Assembly: GCF_009914755.1 (NCBI RefSeq)
Contig: NC_060933.1
DNA: 64,000 nucleotides
Direction: 5' to 3' (one strand)
From: the human T2T-CHM13v2.0 reference genome, Homo sapiens
Numbering within the stretch: position 1 is the stretch's first letter; the number at the start of each line of letters is the position of its first letter. The notes beneath the pieces are model-generated. The model did no database searches, was not told the origin of the DNA, and saw only the letters and a program-made list of their open reading frames with translations. Of this stretch, positions 13,622 to 24,830 are shown in pieces. A program made the position numbers and the translations under genes.

Positions 13622-13907
13622 GAGACAGGGTCTTGCTCTGTCACCCAGGCTGGAGTGTGGTGGCACAATCTCAGCTCACTGCAGCCTCTGCCTTCCATCT
13701 CAGGTTCAAGGGATTCTCGTGCCTCAGCCTCCCAAGTAGCTGAGCTGCAGATGTACACCACCACACCTGGCTATTCTTTGTATTTTTAGTAGAGACAGGG
13801 TTTCGCCATGTTGGCAAGGCTGGTCTCGAACTCCTGACCTCAAGTGATTTGCTCACCTCAGCCTCCCAACATGCTGGGATTACAGGCATGAGCCACCATG
13901 CCCAGCC
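13622..13907 (-). mobile_element. AluS (Sz-like)
   Basis: Antisense dimer; TSD-like AGCACAG(T/C)C at 13422-13430 and 13908-13916 brackets the Alu plus the repeat tract. Confidence 0.95.
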
Positions 13908-16900
13908 AGCACAGCCATTTTCTAGTATTAGGTTATTCTAGTATTATGTTATTAAACCTAGCAATCATGAAAACTATGTAGTAACAATGAAGAAGAAGGT
14001 TTAGAAATAACTTACCCATATACCACAATTATCACTATGTACAAAACCTACAGAGATATACAGAAAATGAAATGGAAGGGAATGGTATAGTGAAAGGAAT
14101 ACAGATGATCTGTTTTCTTTTCAACATTTTCCTCAAAATAGTAACACTACATCTATTCAGAAAATATAGTTGTAATTCAAAGCAGATAAAATGCACTTAC
14201 ACGGAAAAAAGCTGGAAGGAGATTGGATTTCTAAGAACTTTTCCAACAGAGAAATTCTATGATTCTGTTAGAGTGGGCTTTTTTATGGGCAAACTTGGTA
14301 TCCAATATGAGTATGTGGATGAAGACAAATCTGTCATGAATGAAATGCAAAACCTCAACTGAAAACTTTTATTTTGATTTAACAGTCAATAATCCAAACT
14401 AAACACCAATCGATTAAGACAAATATGTTTCCGAGGCCTCACAATTCTGTATTATTAGTCACACATCCCCAACAAAGTTGCTAAACTTCCATAAATATGT
14501 TTTTAATGATCAGACAATATTTATCTAATGCATGCTATCTCTCACATTAAGTTGAAATTAAATGCACGATTTACTGTGTCATGTCCCTTCACGGCTTCAA
14601 CAGTCCTCTCTTTTCTTCCCTTTTGAGCTCAGATAACAATTTGCAATGCAGCTGTATAACATCTGGTAGCCAAGAAATACTGCTGGAGAGGTTTTCAGTC
14701 TCAGAGTTTGATGGGTCCTGATACACAAACCATTTCTCATCAACTTTTCCTGGATGCAAAAATGCATCTCAGGAATATGTTCTTGGGAAATATCCATGTG
14801 TCTGACATTTTCCCCACATCTTAGCTGAGGAATACCCCCACAGTAAGTCGATATACTTTATTGCAGAAGAAAATAAGAGAATACATCTAGGTCTCACTGA
14901 CTTTTTTCACTTACTAGCAACTACCTGACCCCAGAATAGTTGATCTAGGGGGAAGCACTGCTGTTTCTTAGGAGGGTCTATACAATTATGGTGAGATGGA
15001 TAATAATATCATTCTGTCTTGATTTAAAGACATTTCCAATGATAAGACATGCTACTGATTTAATAAGAGCTCCTTGAGAAAAAGAGAGAAGCACTACATT
15101 AATGTACATGTCAATTGTAAGATATTCCAATTTCAGAAATGTTAAATAAAAAAGTATATCTCAAAATTTGGAAAATATAATAGCTAATATATCTAAATTG
15201 GCAAAATGTGTCTGTGTTTTTTTTAAGTTTCTTTTATACTCAAAATGAAGTAGTGAGTTAGATATTTTGATCTCTCTTTTACAGATGAGGAAATTGAGTC
15301 TCAGAGATTGAATCGATGGCAGAGAAGGGACTCGAACTAGCTCTTCCCAAGAATGTCTTCACATCAGAGAGAAATTCTTCCTTCCAAGCACTAGAACCTG
15401 GGGGGAGGTGGAAGGACACTAAACTTGGAGGCACAACAAGCCGAGTTTCTTCTCAAGATTTGGCCCCAATAGAGGCAGTGTCTGGGCTAGAAGCTAGTTT
15501 GCATGATTCCACAGTTATCCACAGGGACTGATATTTAAAATTACATCCCGTGTTCAAAGTTCATAAATTACTGATAAAAACAGCCTGTTGAAATTTCATT
15601 GAATAATTATAAGCTTAGTTCGCTGTCACTGCTCTAAGAGGATACTAACAGCCACCAGGTACCTACCATGTCCTGTATGCTACATTCTTAACACTTTACA
15701 CACATTGTGTCAGGTTATAATCACAGTGAACCCATGAGGCAGGTGAATTGTTATAAGGACGGGGAACTTGAGGCACAAAGAAACTTGCTCAAGATTCAGA
15801 ATTCAAATCCAGATTTTTCTAATTCCACGGCAGGGCTTTTAATAACTAAAATAACGAAATAAATTGTTATCAGGACACAGAAGAAAAAAACACAAAAGGC
15901 AAAAACTTCTACTCCTAGAGATTTGAGATCCATTTGGTGAGGTAAGATTAAAACATATATAACGATGAGAATAAAATGCCACCCACAAATATTATTACCC
16001 CATTTTGCAGACGAGTAAATAGAACCTAAGGCTGTAAAAATCAGTGAGATAGAATTCAAATCCAGGATTTCAAAGCTCTGCTCCAATTCTCTTTCTCTCT
16101 TTACATTGCATCAGCCATGCCATTTCATTTTTGAGAAGGAAGCCAGGTCCAAATGATATTCAATAACTGTCCCAATATGAAAGGTTTATCAAACTTTGAT
16201 GATGTGACTGCACCCAGTGATTTATGTCTGAAATTCCAAGGATGAGCTGTGACAACTGAAAGGCTCTGTCCTTTAGATCCTCATATTTCCTCCGTCCTCA
16301 TTGCTTCCTGTCTGGTACTCACTCACCCCTGATCATAAATATTGTCTGCCACTTTTATGATTATTGGTGGTTAGATATGATGAATTCTGATACTAGTCAA
16401 CTGTGGAGGAGATATTAAATACATTATCTAAATTTCCCTTAATGCCTCATCCAATATGAATCAATATTGGTTTAATAATTAACATGTTTAAACATTTTTA
16501 TGTATATTTCATGATGAGATGATCTATGTTTATTTTATGAAGATGAAATATTTAGCTCCCTGCCACTGAGGGTAAAGCCATTCCAACTTCTTAGAGCTGT
16601 CTCTTTAGCTTGCTCTGAGGCCATCGTTTCACATTCTGGGAGGACTGGCTGGTTCTCACCAACTGTGACCCGGTAGAGGATGCTGAGTTCATAATGAGAA
16701 GTTGAGAGCATTTGGAAAAAGGAAAGGCTTAATGCTAAATAGAGAGCTCTGAGAGGAGCCTGCTGGAATGGTGGTAGCAGCTTTGACCCCTGGCCCAGCT
16801 CTGCCTCAATCCTACTGCCCCAGCTTTGCCTCAATCCTCCTCTTCAGTCTGAAGGCATATACTGAGCACTGACTGTAAGTAGGATTCCACTCCCTCACTC

Positions 16901-16946
16901 AAGGAGAGGCATTATTGGAGGGTGGAGTGAAAACCATGGTTTAGAA

Positions 16947-17170
16947 CAGTGGTCAGTTAGGGGCTATTTCTGGTCTCTCCCACCACTCCTTGGAGACATT
17001 TGGCAATGTCCGGAGATATTTTGGGTGTCCAAACTGGAAGATTGTTACTGAGTTCTGGTGAGCAGAGGCCAGGGATGCTGCTAAACATCCTACGTAGCAC
17101 AAGACAGCCCCCCCACAGCAAAGAATAATCTAGTTTAAAATGCCAGTAGTGCCAAGGCTGAGAAACTCTG
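16947..17170 (+). mobile_element. MER20 hAT-Charlie element inserted in a MIR
   Basis: GACATTTGGCAATGTCCGGAGA, GAGGCCAGGGATGCTGCTAAACATCCTAC, GCCAAGGCTGAGAAACTCTG. Confidence 0.92.
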
Positions 17171-17353
17171 ATTTACAATCAGACACCGGTAGGCTTGACC
17201 CCAGTTCTGCCGTGTGTTGTGTGAACTTGAAAAGTTTCTGGTCCTTGCTTTTCACATCTCTAAATTGGGGATAATATTTATTAAAGTGTCTTCTTTATGA
17301 AGTTAGGCAAAAATTAAGTGAAAGACAAATATTAGAAGTCTAGTGTTTGGCAC

Positions 17354-17715
17354 TATTATGGACAGAAAGTTTGTATTCCCCCCAAATTCATGCTGAAACC
17401 TAAGCCTCAATGTGATAGGATTAGGAGGTGGGGCCTTTGGGGGATGATTAGATCATGAGAGTATAGCCTCATGAATGAGATTAGTGCCAAAAAAGAAAAA
17501 CCAAACCTGATTTCTCTCTCATCTTCTTTTCTGCCTCATGTGTATACAAGGAGGAGACAACTGTCTGTTACCTGGAAGGGGGCCGTCACTAGCACCTGGC
17601 CATACTGGCACTGTGATCTCAGACTTTCAGCATCCAAAACTGTGAGAAATCAATTTCTGTTGTTTTTAAGACACACAGTCCATGACTCTTTGTTGTAGCA
17701 GCCTGAACTAAGACA
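17354..17715 (+). mobile_element. MaLR solo LTR (MLT1A/MSTD-like)
   Basis: GGAGGTGGGGCCTTTGGG ... AACTAAGACA end; perfect 5-bp TSD GGCAC. Confidence 0.9.
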
Positions 17716-17849
17716 GGCACATAGGTTCAACTACAGGATAGTGGAAAACTATGAGAGGTGAAAGGTAGATTTTTTAAAACATTCACTTTTTTTTATTTCC
17801 TCCTGTATTTTATCTTCATTATATAATTTTGAAGTTCCTTAGTATCTTA

Positions 17850-18212
17850 GTTTGAGACTAAGCTTCAAGAAGCCTTGGGAGCCTTCATTTTTTCTCCTGG
17901 GAATCTGCAACCACTACATGAACAAAGTGGCCTGCTGGGGAATGAGAGACCATGTAGGACAGAGATGAATTATCCTAGCTGAGATCATTTTAACCAGCCC
18001 ACTAGTAGACTAGAGACACGTGATTGATCCCAGCAAAGACTGGGATCAATATCTCCTCCACCAGATAGGTATCAATATCTCCTCCACCAGAAGAACTATC
18101 TGCTGAGCCCACCCCAAACTGCCAAATGGCATCATAAGCAAAATCACTGGTTGTTGTTTTGAGCTGCAGTGTTTAGGGGTGATTTGTTACACAGCAAAGA
18201 CTAACTGATGCT
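17850..18212 (+). mobile_element. MLT1 (G/H-like) LTR, partial
   Basis: GGTTGTTGTTTTGAGC ... TTTGTTACACAGCAAAGACTAACTGAT 3' end. Confidence 0.75.
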
Positions 18213-18496
18213 GTAAGCTAGCACCAAGCACTAAGAGGCCAGAAAAAAATTTACCCAGAAAGAAGGAGAGCATGTGCCAAAATATCTGAAGGAAAGAGAA
18301 AGAGAGCAGAATTGCTATCAAACTCTAACTGAGATACTAATTTCCTTTAAGAAGACCATGGATTCTCTCCTTAGAGGATTAATAGCTTCTTTATATTTGC
18401 ATTCAAAACATTTTCCCCATTCTTTTCATGTATCTCATCATCAGTATCGCCTGAAAACCTTGTCAACTGGACACCCTGTCATGGACCCTGTGTTTT

Positions 18497-18695
18497 AGAG
18501 CTGTGCTAACTAATATAGGAGTCACTAGCCACATGTGGATATTTAAATTTAAATTAATTAATTAAAATACAATACAATGAAAAAAAATCAATTCCGAAGT
18601 CAACTAGCCACATTTGACATGCTCCATAGTTACAAATGCCAGGTCATATATAGAGTACTGCCATCATCACCGAAAGATGTACTTAGAGTGCTACT
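18497..18695. mobile_element. MER3/MER33-like hAT MITE
   Basis: CACTAGCCACATGTGGATATTTAAATTTAAATTAATTAA ... ACTAGCCACATTT. Confidence 0.8.
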
Positions 18696-19111
18696 TTAGA
18701 GAACCTCTCTCTGGTTCTTCTTCGGGGAAAGGAGGTGAGAACTATATGGATTCCCATATAGGGGATAGCCAAACTTCCAGACCCTGCATCATGCCCAGAG
18801 TGATCCACCTGGACTGCTCCAAGTCCACTTGCAGGGTCCTATCCATGGATCTGGCGCCTTGAGAATGGACTCAGCTGTTGATGTGTACATCTTTAGGTAT
18901 GAAGGGTGCCTGAAGGGTATGTCTTAGATGGAAGGGTGAATTTGAGGCCTGGGATTTCCACATACAAGCACATGAAGATCCTCTTGATGTAAGAAAAAGC
19001 TGGAGTAAAAAGAGAAGGCAAGTGGGCTGCAGGCCAGGACCCTCTATTTCTAATCTTGCCTTAAGCCTCACAGATATGAGGGGCAGGTCTGTTATCACCT
19101 GTATTACAGAG

Positions 19112-19605
19112 TTGATTAGTGATTATCTTTGTTGCTGTTTTAGCAAATTACCACAATCTTAATGACTTCAACAATACAAATTATTATCTTAAAGTTCTGG
19201 AAGTCAGAAGTCTGAAATGGGTGTCATTGGGCTAAAATCAAGGAGTCAGCAGGGCTGCATTTCTTTCTAGACATTGTAGAGAACAATTTGTTGCCTCGAT
19301 CTTTCTAATTTCTAAAGGCCACCCACATACCTCGGTTTATGGCCCCTTCCTCCACCTTTAAAACCAGCAATGCCAGGTGAGTCTTTCTCATGCCACCATC
19401 TCTCTGGTTCTTTGCTTTTGCCATTCTCTTCCTTTTAAGGACATTTGCGATTACATTGGCACCATCCAATAATCCAGGATAACTTCTCTATTTTAAAGTC
19501 AGCAGATTAGCAACCTGAAGTCCTCTTTGCCATATAACCTAACTATTCACAGGTTCTGGGGACTAGGATGTAGTCTTTCTGGGGGCCATTGTTCTTCCTG
19601 CCACA
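19112..19605 (-). mobile_element. MLT1 (D/E-like) solo LTR
   Basis: CAAATTACCACAA ... GGGCTAAAATCAAGG ... CCTGCCACA end. Confidence 0.87.
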
Positions 19606-19679
19606 GTGATTTAAGAGTGGCCTGTACTGTCAAGCACTTGTGGGTCAAGAATATATTTTCCTGACTTTAGCAATTCCAC

Positions 19680-19925
19680 AATCTGTGCCAAGCACTTTTA
19701 TATGCAGACCTTATTTGAACCTCACAGTATTGCATCTCTATCAAGCACCTGCAATATGTCAGCAGGATTTTATTACCTGTGCAAGTAAGATACTATTATT
19801 TTTATTCTACAGATGAAAAATCTGAAACTGAGAGGAGGTTAAGTAACTTGTCTGAAGTCCATTTCCTTGTAAAAAGCAGAATTGAAATTTGAACTCAGTT
19901 GTGCAACTATAAAACCTGGACTGTT
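19680..19925 (-). mobile_element. MIR SINE(s)
   Basis: TACAGATGAAAAATCTGAAACTGAGAGGAGGTTAAGTAACTTG. Confidence 0.7.
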
Positions 19926-20159
19926 GTCAGTATGCCAAGACTTTTGCATACATTATTCCAGTTGATCCACACAACATTAATAATAATGCATGCCCTTCAT
20001 TGTACTCTTCCTACATGCCATGCATTTCATATATCTTATCTTTGATCTTTATGGCAATTTTACAAAATAGGCAATATTATCTCAATTTCTAGAATTAAAG
20101 AAAGCCAGACTTAGCAAAGTTGAATGAATTATCTGAAGCCATTTTAGTTTCTATTATAT

Positions 20160-21300
20160 AGCAGGCACTGTTCTAGGGGCTGGAGATACAACAGAGTAGC
20201 ATGCTTTCATCCTCATATGAAAGAAAGATCATAATCCAATCAATAAATAAAGGAATTGATCATGTGAGAGGTAATGAGTGCCATGGGAAAACTATAAACT
20301 ATAGGTTAAAGACAGCATGTGCTGCTTTTATATAGGATGGTTGACAAAGACCTTTCTGAAAGTCATTGTTGGGCAGAGGCATGGAAGAAATAAGAAGCCA
20401 ATATATAGAAAGCCATCTGGGATGAGAGCATGGTAAGTAAAGAGAATGGCACAAGCTCGAGTTCTAAGGAGAGAATGAGCTTGGTGGGATCAAGGAACAG
20501 CAAGAAAGTGAATCTGGTGTGAGCTGCATGCAAGTGGGGAGAATATTTTTCCTCGATGAAATCCCAAGGGGTCCAGATGACACAGGGCAGCCTAAGTTAT
20601 TGTCCAGTCAGAGTCACTTCTTATACTCTGAATAAGATGGGAAGCTATTAATCAGAGGAAGATTTTGAGTAGGGAAATGACAACGATGGTTCATATTGTA
20701 AAAGAATTACTTGGGTGCTAGGAGGAGAATAGACTGCAGGGGCAAGGGTGGCAGCATGGAGACCAGAGAGGAGGCTGCTGCTATTTTCCTGGAGAGCTGA
20801 TGATAGCAGTAGTCATGAGAAGTATGAGAGAAAAAGAAAAAAAGAGCCAAAGACGAGCCCAGAGTTCTGGTCTGAAGAACTGGAAGAATAGAGGTGGTAT
20901 TTACTACAAATGGGGCTGTCTCCATGATCCTGGAGTCTAGGGTATTTTTTTAAAACCAGGGTGGGGGCATTACATCATGTTTCTATGCTAATTGAGAAGG
21001 TTATCTGGAGAGGGGAAAAATTATGATTTAGGCAAGTTAGGATGATTTCTAAATTACTAAAGCAGTGACCTTGAGAGGAGGTTTGGCTGGGACAGAGAAA
21101 GGCAGAGATGATATCTATAGGCATGAACAATAATTTATAGAAACAGGAGAGAAAGAAAGTATAGAGGCCCAAATCCCAATAGGCTGGCAATAGTGATAGG
21201 GTTTGTAGATGTTCTCATCAATTTTCTCATGAAATAGGTAGCAATGTCTGAGCAAAGAGTGACAGATGGAGAAGAGGTATTGGATAGGTGAGCAAAACAG
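20160..21300 (-). mobile_element. L2 LINE fragment
   Basis: AGGCACTGTTCTAGGGGCTGGAGATACA terminus, plus purine-rich L2 body (GGAGACCAGAGAGGAGGCTGCTGC). Confidence 0.85.
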
Positions 21301-22027
21301 AGAAGAAACCGAATAGTAATGGTGAAGGGATGATGAAAATGTGGTAGAATCTGAATCCAGGTTCATCAGGCTCCAACATCAGCAAACTCCTCATATACCA
21401 TATGGTTTTAAATTTTCCTGTAAATATATAAGCTACTTCCAATTCGACAAATGAACAAAATGATTATTTCAAGATTTTATATGGCCTAAGTCTACTCAGC
21501 TTATTACACTGCAAAACCCGATTTCAAACTAAAGGTTCAGACCACTAATTCACAGCCTAATGAACCTATTCACAATTCGTCCTGTAGGGAAACTGAAAAC
21601 CATGGCAGATGATTCTTTGAAGGGGTAATGAGATACTGAGTCTCTACCTCAAGCAGCCCCAAAAAGTGGCAAATGAAAAACATTTTCTGCACATTTCCTT
21701 GGATTTTCTCAGCTGCATTTTCCCCTAATACTATAGCCTGATCTCTTGCATTTTCAGCTCTCTTCTATACTCAGGTCAAGTTAAAGCAACAGATGTAAGA
21801 CTAGTTTTGACCTGCCCCTGTGAGTCAATGACATAAGGCAGAATATTTTTGTGCCGAGGGCTTTTGAAAAAGGGCTGAACTTTCCTGGAAAAGATCAGAT
21901 CAAGATAGGACATCTGCTTTTACTTTTTTTTTTCTTGCTCAGGATTCTATCCTTCCTTTTCCTTCCTTTCTTGGTCCTGTGAGTTATGATTCATAGCTAA
22001 ATGTGTCACTTAATAAAAACTTTGGGG

Positions 22028-22150
22028 CAGTCGTAGCTACTCAGGAGACAGGCAAGGAGGATCGCTTGAGCCCAGGGGGTTGAGGCTGCAGTGAATCATA
22101 ATCATGCCACTACCCTCCAGCCTGGGTAACAGAGTGAGAGCCTATCTAAA
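22028..22150 (+). mobile_element. Alu right-arm fragment (FRAM/AluJ-like) with a C-rich degenerate tail
   Basis: GGAGGATCGCTTGAGCCCAGG ... CCAGCCTGGGTAACAGAGTGAGA. Confidence 0.85.
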
Positions 22151-22186
22151 CCACCCCCCATCCCCCCCCACACACACTTTGGATTC

Positions 22187-22595
22187 TGTATTAGGCTGTT
22201 CTTGCTTTGCTATAAAGAAATACCCGAGGTTGAGTAATTTATAAAGGAAAGAAATTTAATTGGCTCACAGTTCTGCAGGCTGTACAAGCATTGCACCAAC
22301 ATCTGCTCAGCTTCTGGGGAGGCCTCAGGGAGGTCATGGCAGAAGGTAGTGCAGGAGCAGGCATATCAGGTGGCAAAAGCTGGAGTGAGAGAGGATGAGG
22401 GAGGTGCCACACACTTTTACACAACCAGATCTCCTGTGAATTCAGACTGAGAGCTCACTCATCACCAAGGGGATGGCCCAAGCCATTCAGAAGTGATTCA
22501 CCTCCATGATCCGAACACTTCCCAGCAGGTCCCACCTCCAACATTGGGAATTTCAACATGAGAATTGAGCAGGGACATATTTCCAAACTGTATCA
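22187..22595 (-). mobile_element. MST (A/B-like) MaLR solo LTR
   Basis: TGTATTAG ... CCAAACTGTATCA termini; TSD GATTC/GGTTC. Confidence 0.92.
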
Positions 22596-23149
22596 GGTTC
22601 CAAGCAATTTTCTCAAGTAGAATCTTTTTCAGGGTTGAAAGAGACCTAGCATATCACCATGCCCAGAATCACTTTCCTCAAATGAAGAGATTGAGACTAA
22701 AGAAAGGAAGTGACAGCAATTGCAGACCAGAAATCGTGTTTTTTTCACTTCCAACAAGGTCTGAAAGAAGGTTGCAGAAGGTTTTATATTATTCAGACTT
22801 TAAAGTAACCCACAGAAAATGATACGGGATTCACAGTTTCCCAACCAGACTCCTCAACCCTAAAATGACATTTGCAAATAGCATCAGGAAAAACATTTTT
22901 CCCCTTGTTTTTGATGTCTAATGTTTAAACTTTCTTTAAAGGTTGTATTCTAAAAAGGTTGAGTTCATGGAGGGTCAATGACTCAGAGACAGACTTCGGG
23001 GCTATTTAAAACCAGCCTTGTGGCTTTTAGTGTCTCCACCGTAAAGAGAATGGTGGGGTGGGCCCCACAGGAAACTGACTGCAGTGAAGAGAAAGTGAGG
23101 AGCAGGACAGAACCTCCAACCATTTGGACAACCTCAGGATTTCAGTTAT

Positions 23150-24050
23150 AGCCCCTCAACTCACTGCCTCCCTGACCCACCTACAAACTTAACTGCATCT
23201 ACACTTGTTCCCTGCCTTCTGTCCTATTTCCGAACCTTGTGGTACCTAAGATTTTTTTCTTCTGCTCCATGTCTTTAAACTCATCTCTCTACATCTCCTG
23301 TAAGACTTCATTTTATCAAGTGGGTCTTTCATTTCTGAGATGTTTAACTCTCCTTTTCTACCTCTGCCTTCCTATCAATAATCACATCTATCTTCCACAG
23401 CAGCTCCCCCAGTATGCCATCTTCTCCCTGCACCTCATCTTTCCTTAGCCCTTCAATGATGAGCATTTTGAAGGTTTCTCTGCCTTGACTGTTTCTACAT
23501 TCTTACTTTCCATTCATTCCCCAAGCCAATGGAATTGGAACTCTTCCAAAATTTCACTCAATCTTCTCTTGCCAAGGTCACCAATGATATCCTAATTTCA
23601 AGACCCAATGGACATTCTTATTTCTTATTTTCTAAATAGGATGTCTGTACTATTTGGTATTGGTTACTTCTTCCTCAAAATGGACTTCTTTCCAGGATTC
23701 TCAGGCTCCTACAAAGATTCTTTTTCCTTTACTGACTTTGTAAATACTAAGGTTTCCGAGGATTCTGTTTGACTGTATCTTTTCCTTCAATATACTTTTC
23801 TTTTCCCTCCCTTCTTTCTTTCCCTTCTCTGTTGTTCTTTTTCCTCCTCTTTTCTTTTCCCCTACTCTTTTCTGTTCTCATTCTACACTCTCATCTGTGG
23901 CAATGTCACTCAAAATCAAGGCTTAACCTACACTCATAGTCTAACAATTCTAAACTTGTCATCTTCTTCTTAACCTTTTTCAGAGTGATAAGCACAGTTT
24001 TATGACTGTCTATTAACTATCTCCACTGTGCACCAGGAGATTTTTTATCA
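23150..24050 (+). mobile_element. Degenerate L2 internal region
   Basis: CCAAGGTCACCAATGA ... CCAATGGACATTC, pyrimidine-rich L2 body; boundaries approximate. Confidence 0.6.
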
Positions 24051-24096
24051 ATCTCCTTAGGCCTACAATGCCACTGCTAACCCCATCTTTAGCACA

Positions 24097-24471
24097 TGAT
24101 ATGGTCTGGCTCTGTGTCCCCACCCAAATCTCATCTTGAATTGTAATCTGAAATGTAATCCCACACATTGCAGGGGGGCACCTTGTGGGAGGTGATTAGA
24201 TCATGGAGGCAGCCCCCCCATGCTGTTCTTGTGATAGTGAGTGAGTTCTCATGAGATCTGATGGTTTCGAAAGGGGCTTTTCCTCCCTTTGGTCTGCACT
24301 TCTCCTTCCTGCTGCCATGTGAAGGACGTGTTTGCTTCTCCTTCTGCCATGACTGTGAGTTTCCTGAGGCCTCCCCAGCCATGCTGGTGTAAGTCAATTA
24401 CACTTCTTTCCTTTATAAATTACCAAATCTTGGGTATCTCTTTATTAGCAGTGTGAGAACAAACTAGTACA
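24097..24471 (+). mobile_element. THE1 (C/D-like) MaLR solo LTR
   Basis: TGATATGGTCTGGCTCTGTGTCCCCACCCAAATCTCATCTTGAATTGTA start, ACTAGTACA end; perfect TSD GCACA. Confidence 0.96.
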
Positions 24472-24677
24472 GCACATGTAATTGTTTACCAAGTGCAGCT
24501 CTTGCTACCTCCTGATAGCAGTGTAGTCTGGTGGAACTATTAGGGAACTGCTCCATAGACAGCTGCCCAGGCTTCTAGATTGCAGGGAAGATATCTGATC
24601 TGGAGAGTACACACTGGGAATGATCCAAAAGAAAGGAGAACTAGAAGTAGGTAAAGTCACCTAAGAAAGACTCAGAA

Positions 24678-24830
24678 CAAGAATTCAAAATCTAGGGGTC
24701 CATGAATGGTTCCTCAAACGATATCTAAATTGTACATATTGGGTACATATGTACGTTGTTTCAGATAATTCATAACTTTCATCAGACTTTCAAAGGTATT
24801 AGTGGATCACAGAATTCGAAATAACCCCTA
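24678..24830. mobile_element. MER103-like hAT MITE
   Basis: GGGGTCCATGAATGG ... CATAACTTTCATCAGACTTTCAAAGG. Confidence 0.55.

Noticed and set aside
13312-13764. 150-aa ORF with GKERK repeats (and the overlapping 82-aa ORF)
   Set aside because: It is the translation of an Alu plus a stop-free pentanucleotide tract; no gene context
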